A stretch of DNA of 45,274 bases from Octopus sinensis (GCF_006345805.1 NW_021829635.1:1-45274), one strand, 5' to 3'. Positions 12,657-25,012 are shown, numbered from the stretch's first letter. Made by a program: numbers and translations. Notes: generated by a model from the letters alone, not told the origin.

Positions 12657-12818
12657 GCATGCATGCATATATACGACGAGCTTCTTTCAGTTTCCGTCTA
12701 CCAAATCTTCTGACAAGGCGTTGGTCGGCCTGAGGCTGTAGTAGAAGACACTTACCCAAGGTGCCACACAGTGGGACTGAACCCGGGACCATGTGGTTCG
12801 TAAGAAAGCTACTTACTA
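12357..12818 (-). mobile_element. SINE family B, inverted relative to 11773-12220
   Basis: Reverse complement aligns along the whole family B consensus. Confidence 0.9.
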
Positions 12819-12899
12819 TAGTCTCGAGCCGAGACTATAGTGTGTGTGTATTATATATATATATATATATCATATATGTATGTGTGAGCATGTGTGTAT

Positions 12900-13106
12900 G
12901 TATATATGTATTTGTGTTTCTATGTTTGGCCCCCTCCCCACCATCGCTTGACAACCTATGTCGGTGTGTTTATGTCCCCGTAACTTAGCAGTTCGATAAA
13001 AGAGAGCGATAGAATAAGTACTAGGCTTACAAAGAATAGGTCCTGGTCTCGATTAAAGGCGGTGCTCCAGCATGGCCGCAGTCAAATGACGGAAACAAGT
13101 GAAAGA
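12900..13106 (+). mobile_element. SINE family B, 3' half
   Basis: CATCGCTTGACAACC...GGCGGTGCTCCAGCATGGCCGCAGTCAAATGACGGAAACAAGTGAAAG. Confidence 0.85.
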
Positions 13107-13967
13107 AAAATTAAATACTATTTTCAAAAATGTACACGTTGGATAAAATGCTCCCGGGTCCACTCTGCATAGGAAAAAGACGTGATGGTCACGGCAGGAG
13201 TATCTTTGGTTGTAGATCTTTTCGGTAATGAGTGACCGTGGGTTAAAGAACAGCCAGCGCCGCCGCCACTTCCACCGTCTTCACAATCAACTACCACCAG
13301 TAGTTTTGATATCTCCCCATAGTTTTAAAGACGCTTGACCAGTCAGCAGCCATCTTGATCGGGGACCAGACACTTTGTGACAGTCTTATTTTAGGTGTGG
13401 GATGAGCGGGTTGAAGGTTGAGAGTTGGGGTAATACTGGAGTAAAGGTGGTGTGAGGGACCCTCATTATAGAGAATGCGGCATACGCAGCGTTTTTGCAT
13501 GTTCGAGTATGTCTTTGTGTTTCTTCAACTGTATGTTTGTGCGTATTTCAGAGCTTGTTTGCCTGCGTTTTTCCGCATACAAACGTGTATGAGTGCTTCC
13601 TCCATCTCTATGTGCGCGCGCGTTGTGTGTGTGTGTGGTTATGCATGCGGTCTGTCAAGACAAAAGTCACTTTTTTGTAATTGAGTGACTGGCAAGATTT
13701 GTCGATTGAATGTTTCGCGGTACTTTACTGGTTTCTAATTGCCAAAACCACATCACTGCGATTAGGATTTCTCCGTTCGGTCAGGAAATATTTCATCCGC
13801 TGATCGTCTGTTGAACCTATAAAACGCTCAAATAAGACTTACATTGAATGAAATGCACCTCACGTATATGGAACTATGCTCCCACTACATACATATACAA
13901 TCTGGACTAAGTGATTCTTAACTTGAGCAGTGACATCTCCTCGGGGCATTGTGAACTCACAAAGGAA

Positions 13968-14095
13968 TTTTATCGATATCGCAAGGATGAAAGGCAAAGT
14001 CGACCTCAGCGGATTTTGAACTCAGACCTTACGGACAGACATAATGCCGTTAACCATTTCACTCGGTATGCTAACGATTCTGCCAGCTCGCCACC
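13968..14095 (-). mobile_element. SINE family A, 5' part
   Basis: GGATGAAAGGCAAAGTCGACCTCAGCGG...TCTGCCAGCTCGCCACC. Confidence 0.8.
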
Positions 14096-14144
14096 TTTTA
14101 CAAATGAAATATTGAAATCAAGAACAACGCTTATATTTTAAACA

Positions 14145-14563
14145 CTCTCTTTTACTCTTTTCTCTTTTACTTGTTTCAGTCATTTGACTGCGGCCATGCT
14201 GGAGCACCGCCTTTAGTCGAGCAAATCGACCCCGGGACTTATTCTTTGTAAGCCCAGTACTTATTATATCGGTCTCTTTTGTCGAACCGCTAAGTGACGG
14301 GGACGTAAACACACCAGCATCGGTTGTCAAGCAATGCTAGGGGGACAAACACAGACACTCAAACATATACACACACACTTATATATATATATACATATAT
14401 ACGACAGGCTTCTTTCAGTTTCCGTCTACCAAATCCACTCACAAGGCATTGGTCGGCCCGGGGCTATAGCAGAAGACACTTGCCCAAGATGCCACGCAGT
14501 GGGACTGAACCTGGAACCATGTGGTTGGTTAGCAAGCTACTTACCACACATCCACTCTTACTA
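14145..14563 (-). mobile_element. Full-length SINE family B
   Basis: Aligns to the family B consensus from tail to head. Confidence 0.9.
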
Positions 14564-14844
14564 AATAAGAAAAAAAAATCTTTGGCATGATAAAGAATAT
14601 AAGCAGGACATTGACAGATGATAGACCTCTGCGCAAAGTTTGCATCCTTTCGTTTAAATATATCTGCTGGCTTTTCTTTTTGTGGGAGGTACAACAACAT
14701 GAGGTGGGATGCTTGTAAAACGCCGCTCGGTGAAACCGGGTACTAGATTACTAAAGGCTGGGGACTAAATCACTCGACCGAACCCATATCCACTCTCCTC
14801 AAACACACTATAAACATTAATAGACGCGAGGTTTCCTCCTTTTA

Positions 14845-15128
14845 CCGCTTCTGCCTCTTTTCCTCTGCTTTCTACTGCTTTCCTTTCTTCAGCTCTCCTT
14901 TTCTGCTCTCCTTTCCTCTGCTTTCTACTGCTTTCCTTTCTTCAGCTCTCCCTTTCTGCTCTCCCTTCCTCTGCTTTCCTTTCCTCTGATTTCCTTTCCT
15001 CTGTTTTCCTTTTCTGTTCTCATTTCCATTGCTCTCCTTTTCTCTGCTCTCTTTTCCGTTTACTCTCCGCTCTTCATTCTTCTATTTCCTTATGATTCCT
15101 ATTTTTCTTGCTCTCCTTTCCACCAACT
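14845..15128. repeat. Pyrimidine-rich minisatellite with about 15-bp period, copy 1
   Basis: CT(C/T)TCCTTTCCTCTG-like units; the last 174 bp are nearly identical to 19379-19552. Confidence 0.8.
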
Positions 15129-15429
15129 GGTGGTGATGTTGTTGTTGCTGCTGCTGCTGCTACTGCTATTCTTACTCTTCTCAAATAACTACCTATTACA
15201 TATCTCTTGTTCTCCCTCTCATTGCCTCCTAGATTTCGTACTAAACATTTATCCCGCACTACCTCATAGGACTGCAACCTCCCACTGGAATTATTGTCTC
15301 GTCTATGCTTTTTAAACAACCAATAATCTACGGTTGTTCACATTGAGCACCAACCACGTTAGTCTTACCAAGTCGGGAAGGCTTGCAAACTTGATGGCCA
15401 TTGCTTTTCTTTTCCTGATCAACGACATT

Positions 15430-15552
15430 TATTCTTTTCTACCCCGAAATTTTGGGGGAGGGGGCCAGTCGGTTGGTTCGACCCCAGTACGCAACTGGTA
15501 CTTAATTTATCGACCCCGAAAGGAGGAAAGGCAAAGTCGACCTCGGCGGAAT
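15430..15552 (-). mobile_element. SINE family A core with alternative tail, partial
   Basis: TCGACCCCAGTACGCAACTGGTACTTAATTTATCGACCCCGAAAGGAGGAAAGGCAAAGTCGACCTCGGCGGAAT. Confidence 0.8.
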
Positions 15553-15654
15553 ATGAAACGACATTTATAGCAAAGCAACTAGTTCGGCACCCTGCCGTTT
15601 CTACAGAGTCTAAACATTCATCACATCTCTAACGGGGTAGCTTCTATGTGGTAG

Positions 15655-15838
15655 AACCCTCTGCTAGAAATAGCTGCCAAATCTTGGTTAAATCACATCG
15701 TGCACTCTTAAAAAATAACAGGATACATTGTGTAATGTAGTCTTAGATGTATTATATCAATGAAAGAAGAGATGGTCATAGCTAGACGCCTTTTGACCAT
15801 AGGTCTATTTGATCATTTCTGACCCATCATCAACAACA
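15655..15838 (+). mobile_element. Degenerate retroposon 3' part with (CAA) tail
   Basis: CTGCTAGAAATAGCTGCCAAATC...GATGGTCATAGCTAGACGCCTTTTGACCATAGGTC...CAACAACAA resembles a recurrent octopus SINE tail (from memory); a related piece lies near 13180. Confidence 0.45.
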
Positions 15839-16772
15839 AAAGCCACATCTAATAATTCTAAGCACTTTTTTAAAATTAAATACACCGAACCCTATTTGTA
15901 TTTTTACTCGTAAGTCAAGCTCATATAATACAACACCTCCCGATAAGATTTGAGTTAAAACAGCGTCTCACCAGACCATGGTTTACAGTATCATCGATCT
16001 TAGCTGATTCATAAATAAATCATTTTTCAGCTGGGAGTCACTTTATCGTGATCAAGGTCATGACAGAAATCGATGAAGGAATCTATCAATCTGAATCTTA
16101 CTTAAAGTCAATATCCTAATTTGATAGTCAAGCATTGCTGTTTAGAAACAGACTTATCGCTAAGACTATTGCATCCTGTGATAATGGCCGCTTTAATTTG
16201 ATATGTATCCTAAATAGTTAGTTAAACTAGTAATTAGTAAAACTAATGAAGATATCAACCAACCGACGAGAAATTTCGTTCTGCTGGGATTCATTCACAA
16301 TAGCAACATCTACACTTTTATCGTTTTCGATTTAATTGTCGGTGTTTAAACAGATCCATTAGCGATGGAAGTGTAGAAACAGGAGTTGTCGGACTAAAGG
16401 GAATTATGCTAATCTCAGGTCTTCTACTTTCTAAATCCGATATTCGTTATTAGGATCGATTCAACCTTTTATCTCGTTGACGCCGATAAAATACCAGTTA
16501 TGTTATGCGGTCTGTTGAAGTGTGCAAAAACCACATTTTTACAAAAATTATCTTGTTGCATAATGGAGAAATTATTTTTATATAAGTCTCTATTGTTGTT
16601 GGTGGTGGTGATGTTGTTGTTGTTGTTGTTGCTGCTGCTTCTGCTGCTACTGCTACTGCTATTGTTATTGTTATTGTTGTTGTTATTTAACTTCAGGTCA
16701 GGTCTGAATAACCAAATCTAAAGTCTATTGCACTGAAGCTGCGATTTTCTCCTCTTATGTATGTATATGATA

Positions 16773-16992
16773 TACGAGGGATGCATAAAATTTCCTGGCC
16801 TTAACGGTATCGTGAAAGATCTGGTTAGAGGCCCACACATGCGAGTTCTTTTACATGGTTTGGAAAAACTGAAGAACCGCTGCAATAAGTGTGTGAATCT
16901 GAGAGGAGAATACGTTGAATAAAATCATAATTAACTGGTCCTCTTGTATATTCTTTTACCCAAAGACAGGAACTTTTCAGCACCCACCTGCA
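16773..16992 (+). mobile_element. Internally deleted mariner (MITE-like)
   Basis: Degenerate TIRs TACGAGGGATGCATAAAATTTCCTGGC / GACAGGAACTTTTCAGCACCCACCTGCA; contains the transposase C-terminus GLEKLKNRCNKCVNLRGEYVE*. Confidence 0.8.
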
Positions 16993-17383
16993 TTTGTGCG
17001 TGGGTGTATGTATGCATGTATATAGGTGTGTATGTGTGTGTGTGTATAAGTGTGCGCGCATATTTGCAATCACCGTGTCTCTGAGCCTACATTATCTGTC
17101 GAATGTCTACTTTAGTTCGTTCTTTGATGGTAGGGTGTTATTTGAAGATTTAGCTGTTGTTTTTAGCAAGTAGACAGAGGCACAGTAAAATGATGCTCTC
17201 AGTATTTCCAGGGTCAAAGATGCTTTTAATGCATTTACCATTATTAAGAGATATGTTAGAGAGATTTTAGCCCCTCATCACACCTGGATGAGCTTTCCCG
17301 TGACACTTCCATTGCTACACCTCGGCAAATCTTAACGACTCCTTCGTTGGCTCATTATTATATCATATGATGCTCTTATGATA

Positions 17384-17782
17384 TCTTCTTTATATATAAA
17401 AGAAAGATTGTGTGTCTGTCTCCTACGATTTAGATTCCTAACTACTCCCACATTTTGGGGTGCAGTTTAACCAAAACCGGGTATCTTATAGTCGTGATTC
17501 ATATCGAGCCCTTCTGGGTATTACCGCGCGTCTACGATGAATCTACGATTTTTAAAAAAATTTACCATCATTTTTTTCCATTTTAATGCATTTTTTCGCT
17601 ATTATATAAGGGAAGTAACTCTCTAAAAATGTCTACGATGAGTCAACGATTTAAAAAAATTTACCATAATTTTTTTTCCATTTTTAATGCATTTTTTTGC
17701 TATTTTTTGGCTATAACTCTCTAAAAATGCTTATATAGTTATTTCCTTTACAAACCCGAGCAACGCCGGGCGATACTGCTAG
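17384..17782 (+). mobile_element. Non-autonomous Helitron with internal about 100-bp tandem duplication
   Basis: 5' A|TCTTCTTTATATATAAAAG; 3' CCCGAGCAACGCCGGGCGATACTGCTAG|T; same family as 19950-20346. Confidence 0.9.
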
Positions 17783-17833
17783 TATGATATAATACACAAT
17801 AATACATGTGTATCATATATGTTATACTATAAT

Positions 17834-18149
17834 AAAGACCCACTTCGGTCATGAATTACCATGGGATTGCACCTAGAAAGTTCTCTTGGCAAGATTATTT
17901 ATGGAAGACCTGATGTCATCCATGCGTACCAGCCTCCCCTCTCCATATCACCGATGTTATCCAAGGGAAAGGCAATGGCCGACACTACTTGGCGCCAGCG
18001 ACGTCGCAACTCATCTCTACGGCTGAGTGGACTGGAGCAACGTGAAAATAAAGTGTCTTGCTCAAGAACACAACACGCAGCCTCAAACACACAGAAATCA
18101 AACTCACCACCTCATAATTGAGAGCCCGGCGCTTTAGCCACTGAGTCAT
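17834..18149 (-). mobile_element. tRNA-derived SINE, family C
   Basis: Minus strand: ATGACTCAGTGGCTAAAGCGCCGGGCTCTC (tRNA-like head), GTGTTCTTGAGCAAGACACTTTA...CCAGTCCACTCAGC (CORE-like), tail CCCATGGTAATTCATGACCGAAGTGGGTCTTT. Confidence 0.75.
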
Positions 18150-18565
18150 AATATATATTAATATATGATGCATATTAGATAAAAGTTTCAAATTTTGGCA
18201 CAGAAATACGGGTCTGTAGAAGTAGACGTTTAATTAACAACCTTTGAACCTTGAGAATTTTTTAAAGTTCACATGTGAATTCATACCGTAACGAAAGCCA
18301 GCTATCACAACCATCAGCATGATAATGACATACTTACCTAATCTTACCATCAGCCACCACTAAACCGCCACCTCAACCTCCAACAACCCCACAAGAGCCT
18401 GTTGTGTTGAAGAAGCATCTATGAGATCGATAGGCATGCTGGAAATTCCAATCTAATTTCCCTCAGGTCACACATTGGTTACGTTGGATAAGCTGGTCCT
18501 AAGTTTCCCGCATAACGGAAAAGAAGGAGCGAGAGATTAAAGGATGGTGACTTGAATCGATCCGT

Positions 18566-18791
18566 GGTAACCTGGCAGAAACGTTAGCACGCCGGGCGAA
18601 ATGCGTAGCCGTATTTCGTCTGTCGTTACGTTGTGAGTTCAAATTCCGCCGAGGTCGACTTTGCCTTTCATCCTTTCGGGGTCGAGGTCGATAAATTAAG
18701 TACCAGTTACGCACTGGGGTCGATGTAATCGACTTAATACCTATGTCTCTTCTCTGTGTTTAGCCCCTTGTGGGTAATAAAGAAATAGGTA
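18566..18791 (+). mobile_element. SINE family A, near full-length
   Basis: CTGGCAGAAACGTTAGCACGCCGGG...AGCCCCTTGTGGGTAATAAAGAAATAGGTA. Confidence 0.9.
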
Positions 18792-18974
18792 ACCTGAAAT
18801 TAAAAAAAACTGCAACAACAGTAATAACCAGGCCTTTATCTCCACATTACAGTCAGTAACCCATTGTGATCACAAATATTTCCTACCACCAGCACCAAGT
18901 ACTATCACCGCAAGGTATCGAATTTAATAACGTCTACTCCTTCTTCAACTCTTCTTTTTTCCTACTTCCCATTC

Positions 18975-19552
18975 ATCAACTTTCCTTTCCTCTGCTCTCC
19001 TTTTCTCTGCTTTCCTTTTCGCTGCTTTCCTTTCCTCTGCTTTCCTATTTTCTGCTCTCCTTTTCTTTGCTTTCCTTTCTTCAACTTCTCTTTCCTATGC
19101 TTTCCTTTCCTCTGCCTTCCCTTCCTTTCCTCTATTTTCCTTTCCTCTGCTTTCATTTCCTCCGCTTCCCTTTCCACAGCTTTCCTTTTTCTGCTCTCCT
19201 TTCCTCTGCTCTCCTTTACTCTGCTTTCCTTTACTCAGTATCCCTTTCCCCTGCTTTCTTTTCCTCTGCACTCCTTTCCTCTACTCTCCTTTACTCTCCT
19301 TTCCTTTACTCTCCTTTCCTTTACTCTCCTTTCCTCTACATTCTCTCCTCTGCTTTCCTTTCCTCTGCTTTCCTTTCCTCTGCTCTCCCTTCCTCTGCTT
19401 TCCTTTCCTCTGATTTCCTTTCCTCTGTTTTCCTTTTCTGCTCTCATTTCCACTGCTCTCCTTTTCTCTGCTCTCCTTTCCGTTTACTCTCCGCTCCTCA
19501 TTCTTCTATTTCCTTATGATTCCTATTTTTCTTGCTCCCCTTTCCACCAACT
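18975..19552. repeat. Pyrimidine-rich minisatellite with about 15-bp period, copy 2
   Basis: About 580 bp of CTTTCCTTTCCTCTG/CTCTCCTTTACT-type units; source of the spurious 217-aa ORF. Confidence 0.85.
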
Positions 19553-19949
19553 CTCCTTTCTTTCTGTTCTATTTTCAGCCATGTACACAGTTATCTTACC
19601 AAATGTCAGCAACGACAAACAGGAAAAGGACGAAAGGAAGAAATACCAAATTATTTGTTGTATATTTGTTGGCTGCGTATAAGAGGATTTCCCACTCACA
19701 CTTGTTTTGTATTCGCTTTATTTTATTTCATTTTAACGCTTCAAATCTGCAAGATCGGTTCTTTGAACAAAAACCCTTTGTTTTCGAGAGGTAGGGAAAC
19801 AGAAGGGAGCAGGATTTGAGTCCAAGCAGCAAAGAGAATGGCTTCTTGCTTGAAACTCAACTATAAACTGATACATTTGTGTTCTCTGTCCTTCTCTATC
19901 TCTCTCTTTCCCTCTTCTCCCCACTCTCTCTGTATTCTGTATGAATATA

Positions 19950-20346
19950 TCTTTATATATAAAAGAGAGGTTGTGTGCTGTCTGTCTCCTACGATTTAGA
20001 TTCCTAACTACTCCCACACTTTGCGGTGCAGTTTAACCAAAACCGGGTATCTTATAGTCGTGATTCATATCGAGCCCTTCTGGGTATTAGCGCGCGTCTA
20101 CGATGAGTCTACGATTTAAAAAAAAATTTAGCATCAATTTTTCCCATTTTTAATGCATTTTTGGCATATATAAGGGAAGTAACTCTCTAAAAATTTATTA
20201 TTAAATCTCAGAACGTAAAAAGCTACAGTAACACCCCCCCCTTTGTGGTTAACCATATTGAGATGGCTATTATACTTTACATCGCTAAAAATGCTTATAT
20301 AGTTATTTCCCTTACAAATCCGAGCAACGCCGGGCGATACTGCTAG
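19950..20346 (+). mobile_element. Non-autonomous Helitron
   Basis: 5' A|TCTTTATATATAAAAG; 3' CCGAGCAACGCCGGGCGATACTGCTAG|T. Confidence 0.9.
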
Positions 20347-20430
20347 TATATATATATTTAAGTATATGTACATAAATATGTGTATGTCTATGTATATATA
20401 TGTGTGTGTGTATGTGTGAGTGTGTGTGTG

Positions 20431-20530
20431 TGTATGTATGTATGTATGTATGTATGTATGTATGTATGTATGTATGTATGTATGTATGTATGTTGTATGT
20501 ATGTATGTATGTATGTATGTATGTATGTAT
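20431..20530. repeat. (TATG)n microsatellite
   Basis: Direct reading. Confidence 0.95.
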
Positions 20531-21040
20531 ACATGTCCTTTTAATCTAAGCAAAAGCTTTCAGGATGTTTTCTACCAAAAGAAGTCTGCTGTTACTTTAC
20601 GTTATCCCAAACGCAACCCAAACCAAACCTTTTTTGCTTTATCCTTCGTTCTAATAGCGAAGTTGTAAGATTAATTTTCATGCTCTTTCTGCTGTCTTTG
20701 GTAATTTTAGTCAACTGGTCAAAGAAGATTTGATTTGATTCTTGCTTCTTTTTTAATATTGATCCATTTTATTTTTCGTCTTAGATTTTTGATCAAGAAA
20801 AATCGAAACGAAAATAAAAAAAAGCATTGGGTAAAAAAAAAACTAAACAAATAAGTTTAAAGCAAAAATTAGAAAGAAAAGTGGATTTTAGCAAAAAATA
20901 AGAGAAGTAACGGCAGGGATTGCGAATCTTTTAATGATTTCTTTTTTAGATTTTGTTAAAGTTACCGTTGTCTTACAGTTTTACTGAATCATGTGTGTAT
21001 GCACGTCTCGCTGCATATATAGATATATAGATATATATGT

Positions 21041-21091
<51 letters not shown>

Positions 21092-21111
21092 TAATATATA
21101 TATGTATATAT

Positions 21112-21154
<43 letters not shown>

Positions 21155-22454
21155 TATATATATATATGCTTATATGTGTAGATACGCGTTTGTGTTTATA
21201 TCTAATCTCTCAACATATATATGCATATATATTTTGATATATAAATGTGTATGTACAGATAGAGACGGAGAAAGAAAGAAAGAAAGAAAGAAAGAGAATA
21301 TATACATACATATAATTGTATGTGTGTATGTATGTACAAGTATGTGTATATGACCATGCATACATATACATGCAAACATATGTGTGTATGTATGGATATA
21401 ATCTTACATATATGTTACAAATCCTACCAAAAGAAATAGAACACACACACACACGCACATGCAAAGACATTTATACACACAACAATAAAATGTTGAGTGG
21501 ACAAAGCTATTTAAGAAAAATAACGAGGAAAAGAAGAAGAAACAAGCGAATAAAATTCATCCCCCCCCCAAAAAAAATAGAGAAAGATAGAATTTTAAAA
21601 ATAACAATAAACTTTTTAAAAAATCAACATGAAAACAATCAAACAAATTTAAGGAATATTTTAGGAAATGGAATTAAAAGTCTAGGAATTCTTTGGTAAA
21701 AGTGGAGTTGATGATAGTCGGCTTAAATATAAAATCGGAATACATTGCAGTGAAAGCTATACCTCATAATACTGGGAACTTATCCAGCAGATTTAGTGAT
21801 GGGTCACTGGTCTCTAGTCTACTGTACATAGTCTTTCAGGAATAAATTCTTCATATTGGTAATGGTTAGGGAGGGAGAGAGGAACAGAGGTGGGAGTAAA
21901 GTGAGAAGTTGCGGTTAATGGCGGTGGAGTCGTCGTTGATATATCGATATATCTTTTGTGTAATTCGTTGCATTTTTGTATGATTTTCCTTCTCGTTTGT
22001 TTTCATTTTATCAGTATATAGAAACATCATACATGTGTGTGTATGAATATGTACATATGTGTGTGTGTGTGTCTACGTGTAAGAGAGAGAGAGAAAGAGA
22101 GAGTGAACGAAACATCTGACGATGTGAACGTATTCTATGCCCACGAAACTCAAAATAATGTGGAACTGAGCAAAATTGTTATTACGTCATTTCATGCATA
22201 CACACATCCTTAAATACATACACACATACATAAAAGTTCACGTTTATACCTGTAATTATTGGGGTCTTGGGATATGTAACACACTGCCTAAATACCAATC
22301 TTGAGAAATTAGGCTTCTCAAAACTAGAATGGAGAATGCTAATTCGAAGACTACAGATCTTATCCATCACTGGAACTGTAAAAATATGTAAGAATTACAG
22401 AAGTTTATCATTTAGATATATATGAGCATGCCTAGATATGCATACATACATGGA

Positions 22455-22838
22455 TGGAAGCACTCCATCGGTTACGACGATGAGGGTTCCGGTTGATCCG
22501 AATCAACGGAACAGCCTGCTCGTGAAATTAACGTGCAAGTGGCTAAGCACTCCTCAGACACGTGCACCCTTAACGTAGTTCTCGGGGATATTCAGCGTGA
22601 CACAGAGAGTGACAAGGCCGGCCCCTTGAAATACAGGTACAACAGAAACAGGAAGTAAGAGTGAGAGAAAGTTGTGGTGAAAGAGTACAGCAGGGATCAC
22701 CACCATCCCCTGCCGGAGCCTCGTGGAGCTTTTAGGTGTTTTCGCTCAATAAACACTCACAACGCCCGGTATGGGAATCGAAACCGCGATCTTATGTCCG
22801 CGAGTCCGCTGCCCTAACCACTGGGTCATTGCGCCTCC
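22455..22838 (-). mobile_element. Full-length tRNA-derived SINE, family D (octopus OK-like)
   Basis: Minus strand: GGCGCAATGACCCAGTGGTTAGGGCAGCGGACTCGCGG...GGTTTCGATTCCC (A/B boxes)...TTTCACGAGCAGGCTGTTCCGTTGA...CGTCGTAACCGATGGAGTGCTTCCA. Confidence 0.85.
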
Positions 22839-22936
22839 TATACATACATATATGCAAACAAGCAAAAATACCCTGTTGTTGATGTTGAAACTGAGCCTTG
22901 GATCTAGGCTAGAAACCGGCTCTTCTTTGTGAATTC

Positions 22937-24022
22937 ATGGATAGATTTAAAAATCGCGTCGTTTATGAATATCGTCGTGGAAGCAATCACAGACAGCTCA
23001 AAACATCAATGAGGTGTTTGGTGTAGATGTGACGAATGAGCACATTGTACGCCGTGGGTTTGAGAATTTTCCGTCTGGTGACTTTACTCTTGAAAATCAG
23101 GCCCGTGGTAGACCTGAGACTGAGGTGGATAATAAGGAGCTGGAAAATATAGTGGAAGCTGATACATCTTAAAGTACGCGTGAGTTAGCAGCAAGGTTTG
23201 ATGTTTCGATTCCAACTGTATTGGACCATCAGAAACAAATCGGCATTATAAAGAAGCTGGATAAGTGGGGACCACATGAACTGAACGAGTGTCAAATGAC
23301 ACATTGTCTTGAAACATGTTGTTCTTTGCTGTTACGGCATAAAAGCGAACCCCTTTTAGCATCGTATTGTTACGTGTGATGAAAAATGGATTCTTTTCAA
23401 TAGCAAGCGTTCCCTATGGTCGTTGGATAGAGACGCAGTGATAAAACACAATCCAAAAAGGAATATTCACCCCAAAAATCTAATAGTGTCTGTTTCATGG
23501 CCCAGCGCTGGTGTCATACATTATTGATTCATGAGACCCGATAAGTCAATTACAGCGGATGAACACATCAACCATTTGGATGAAATGATGAGTGAACTTG
23601 CAATTAAACAACCGAGATTGGTCAATAGAGACAGGCCAATTCCCTTGCAAGACAATAATCGACCACAGGCTGCACGAAGAACGCTACTCGAGTTACAAGA
23701 ACCGAACGTGGAAGTACTCTGTCATCCATCATATTCACCACACCTTGTACCGACTGACTATCACGTTTTCCAGGTTTTAGACAACTTTTTGCAATGCAAA
23801 ATCTTCAAATCTGAAGTTGATGCAAAAACAGCCTTTTGTAATTTCATTACCTCTTGCTCTCCAGAATTCTTCGCTGCCGGCATGAATAAGCTACCGACAA
23901 AACGGCAAAATTGTGTTGATAATTTAGGTGCATTCTTTGATTACCTGCGTTGCTTTTTGTTGAGATAGAGTAAAATAAACTTTCAGTTCAAAATCGGAGA
24001 TTCCATTCTTAATGACATGATA
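22937..24022 (+). pseudogene. Mariner (DD34D) transposase pseudogene with 3' terminus
   Basis: Broken frames contain the HTH region, KWGPHELNE (WVPHEL motif), IVTCDEKWI, LQDNNRPQ and HPSYSPHLVPTDYHVF; multiple stops and frameshifts; ends in a TIR-like CATTCTTAATGACATGATA. Confidence 0.92.
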
Positions 24023-24219
24023 TATATCTATATACAAACACCTACTATCTATACATAATCCTATATACACTTGTGTATACACACACGAATGTACATCCAC
24101 ACACACACACACACACACACACAAATACTCACGAGGAAATATGCACTGTAGCTACATCATAAATATGCAGTTATCTTTTCCTGCAATGTGTATTATGAAT
24201 CCTGGATCTCAGATCTTAC

Positions 24220-24364
24220 CATTGTCTTTGCGTCGGATTCGTGCGTTTGCGATGGTGAAGTACCACCGCTGAAGTTGAATCCTCGCTCTTGAAGACATAC
24301 CATAGATGTAGGACAGACGACAAAGTTGCATTTTCTTTACTGCAGCTGCACTTTCAGAAGTATT
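24220..24364 (-). CDS. Candidate host-gene exon (unassigned)
   Basis: Acceptor ATTTAGATCCTTGCTTAG and donor G|GTAAGA; 145 bp with only one open frame, NTSESAAAVKKMQLCRLSYIYGMSSRARIQLQRWYFTIANARIRRKDN; no homology recognised. Confidence 0.25.
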
Positions 24365-24461
24365 CTAAGCAAGGATCTAAATTTGAAAATATAGCCGTCA
24401 TCAAAATCGAAAGACATTCATAACGACGCTGTGTGTGTACAATGTGAGTGCGTATATATAT

Positions 24462-24498
<37 letters not shown>

Positions 24499-24523
24499 AT
24501 ATGTATGTATATGTATAATATAG

Positions 24524-24605
24524 GCACAGATACGGCTGTGTGGCAAGGTGTTTGCTTCCTCATCACATGGTTCTGGGTTCAGTCTCAATGCGTAGCATCA
24601 TGGGT
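24524..24605 (+). mobile_element. SINE family B head fragment
   Basis: GGCACAGATACGGCTGTGTGGCAAGG...CACATGGTTCTGGGTTCAGTCTCAATGCGTAGCA. Confidence 0.65.
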
Positions 24606-24608
24606 GAT

Positions 24609-24642
<34 letters not shown>

Positions 24643-24981
24643 TGTATACGTGTGTATGAGCATAATTTTCTATTCCATTATATGTAAGAGCAACAAAAAT
24701 GTATTTCATCCACTGAGAGATAAATGTCATTAATACACGCATTATTGAAATAAGAGCTACAAATAATTTAGAGCCATTGCAGACACGATAATGTGCCGGT
24801 TTGTCGTGATTCCACGGCATGAAACTAGTCAATCGTTTTTAGAGTATAGATTAAATGATATATATATATATATATGTGTGTGCGTGTGTATTTGTATGTA
24901 TATATATAATAACACAGATATAATATATATATATATATACTATTTGTTTGTATTTGTATGATAGATATATATACACACATA

Positions 24982-25011
<30 letters not shown>

Positions 25012-25012
<1 letters not shown>

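Noticed and set aside
13291-13500. GC-richer segment with a YY1-like CAAGATGGCTGC (minus) and a short ORF
   Set aside because: All frames close quickly, no clear splice pair and no recognisable protein; insufficient support.
18866-19519. 217-aa ORF (SFPLL/SSALL repeats) and antisense ESRGK ORFs
   Set aside because: Translation of a pyrimidine minisatellite lacking stop codons; no coding complexity.
22780-22838. tRNA gene-like A/B boxes (also at other SINE heads)
   Set aside because: They continue into SINE bodies and lack a complete cloverleaf; these are SINE heads, not tRNA genes.
23531-23968. Active mariner transposase or SETMAR-like domesticated gene
   Set aside because: Stops and frameshifts upstream, catalytic motifs degraded (DNNRPQ, SPHLVPTD), and no SET domain.
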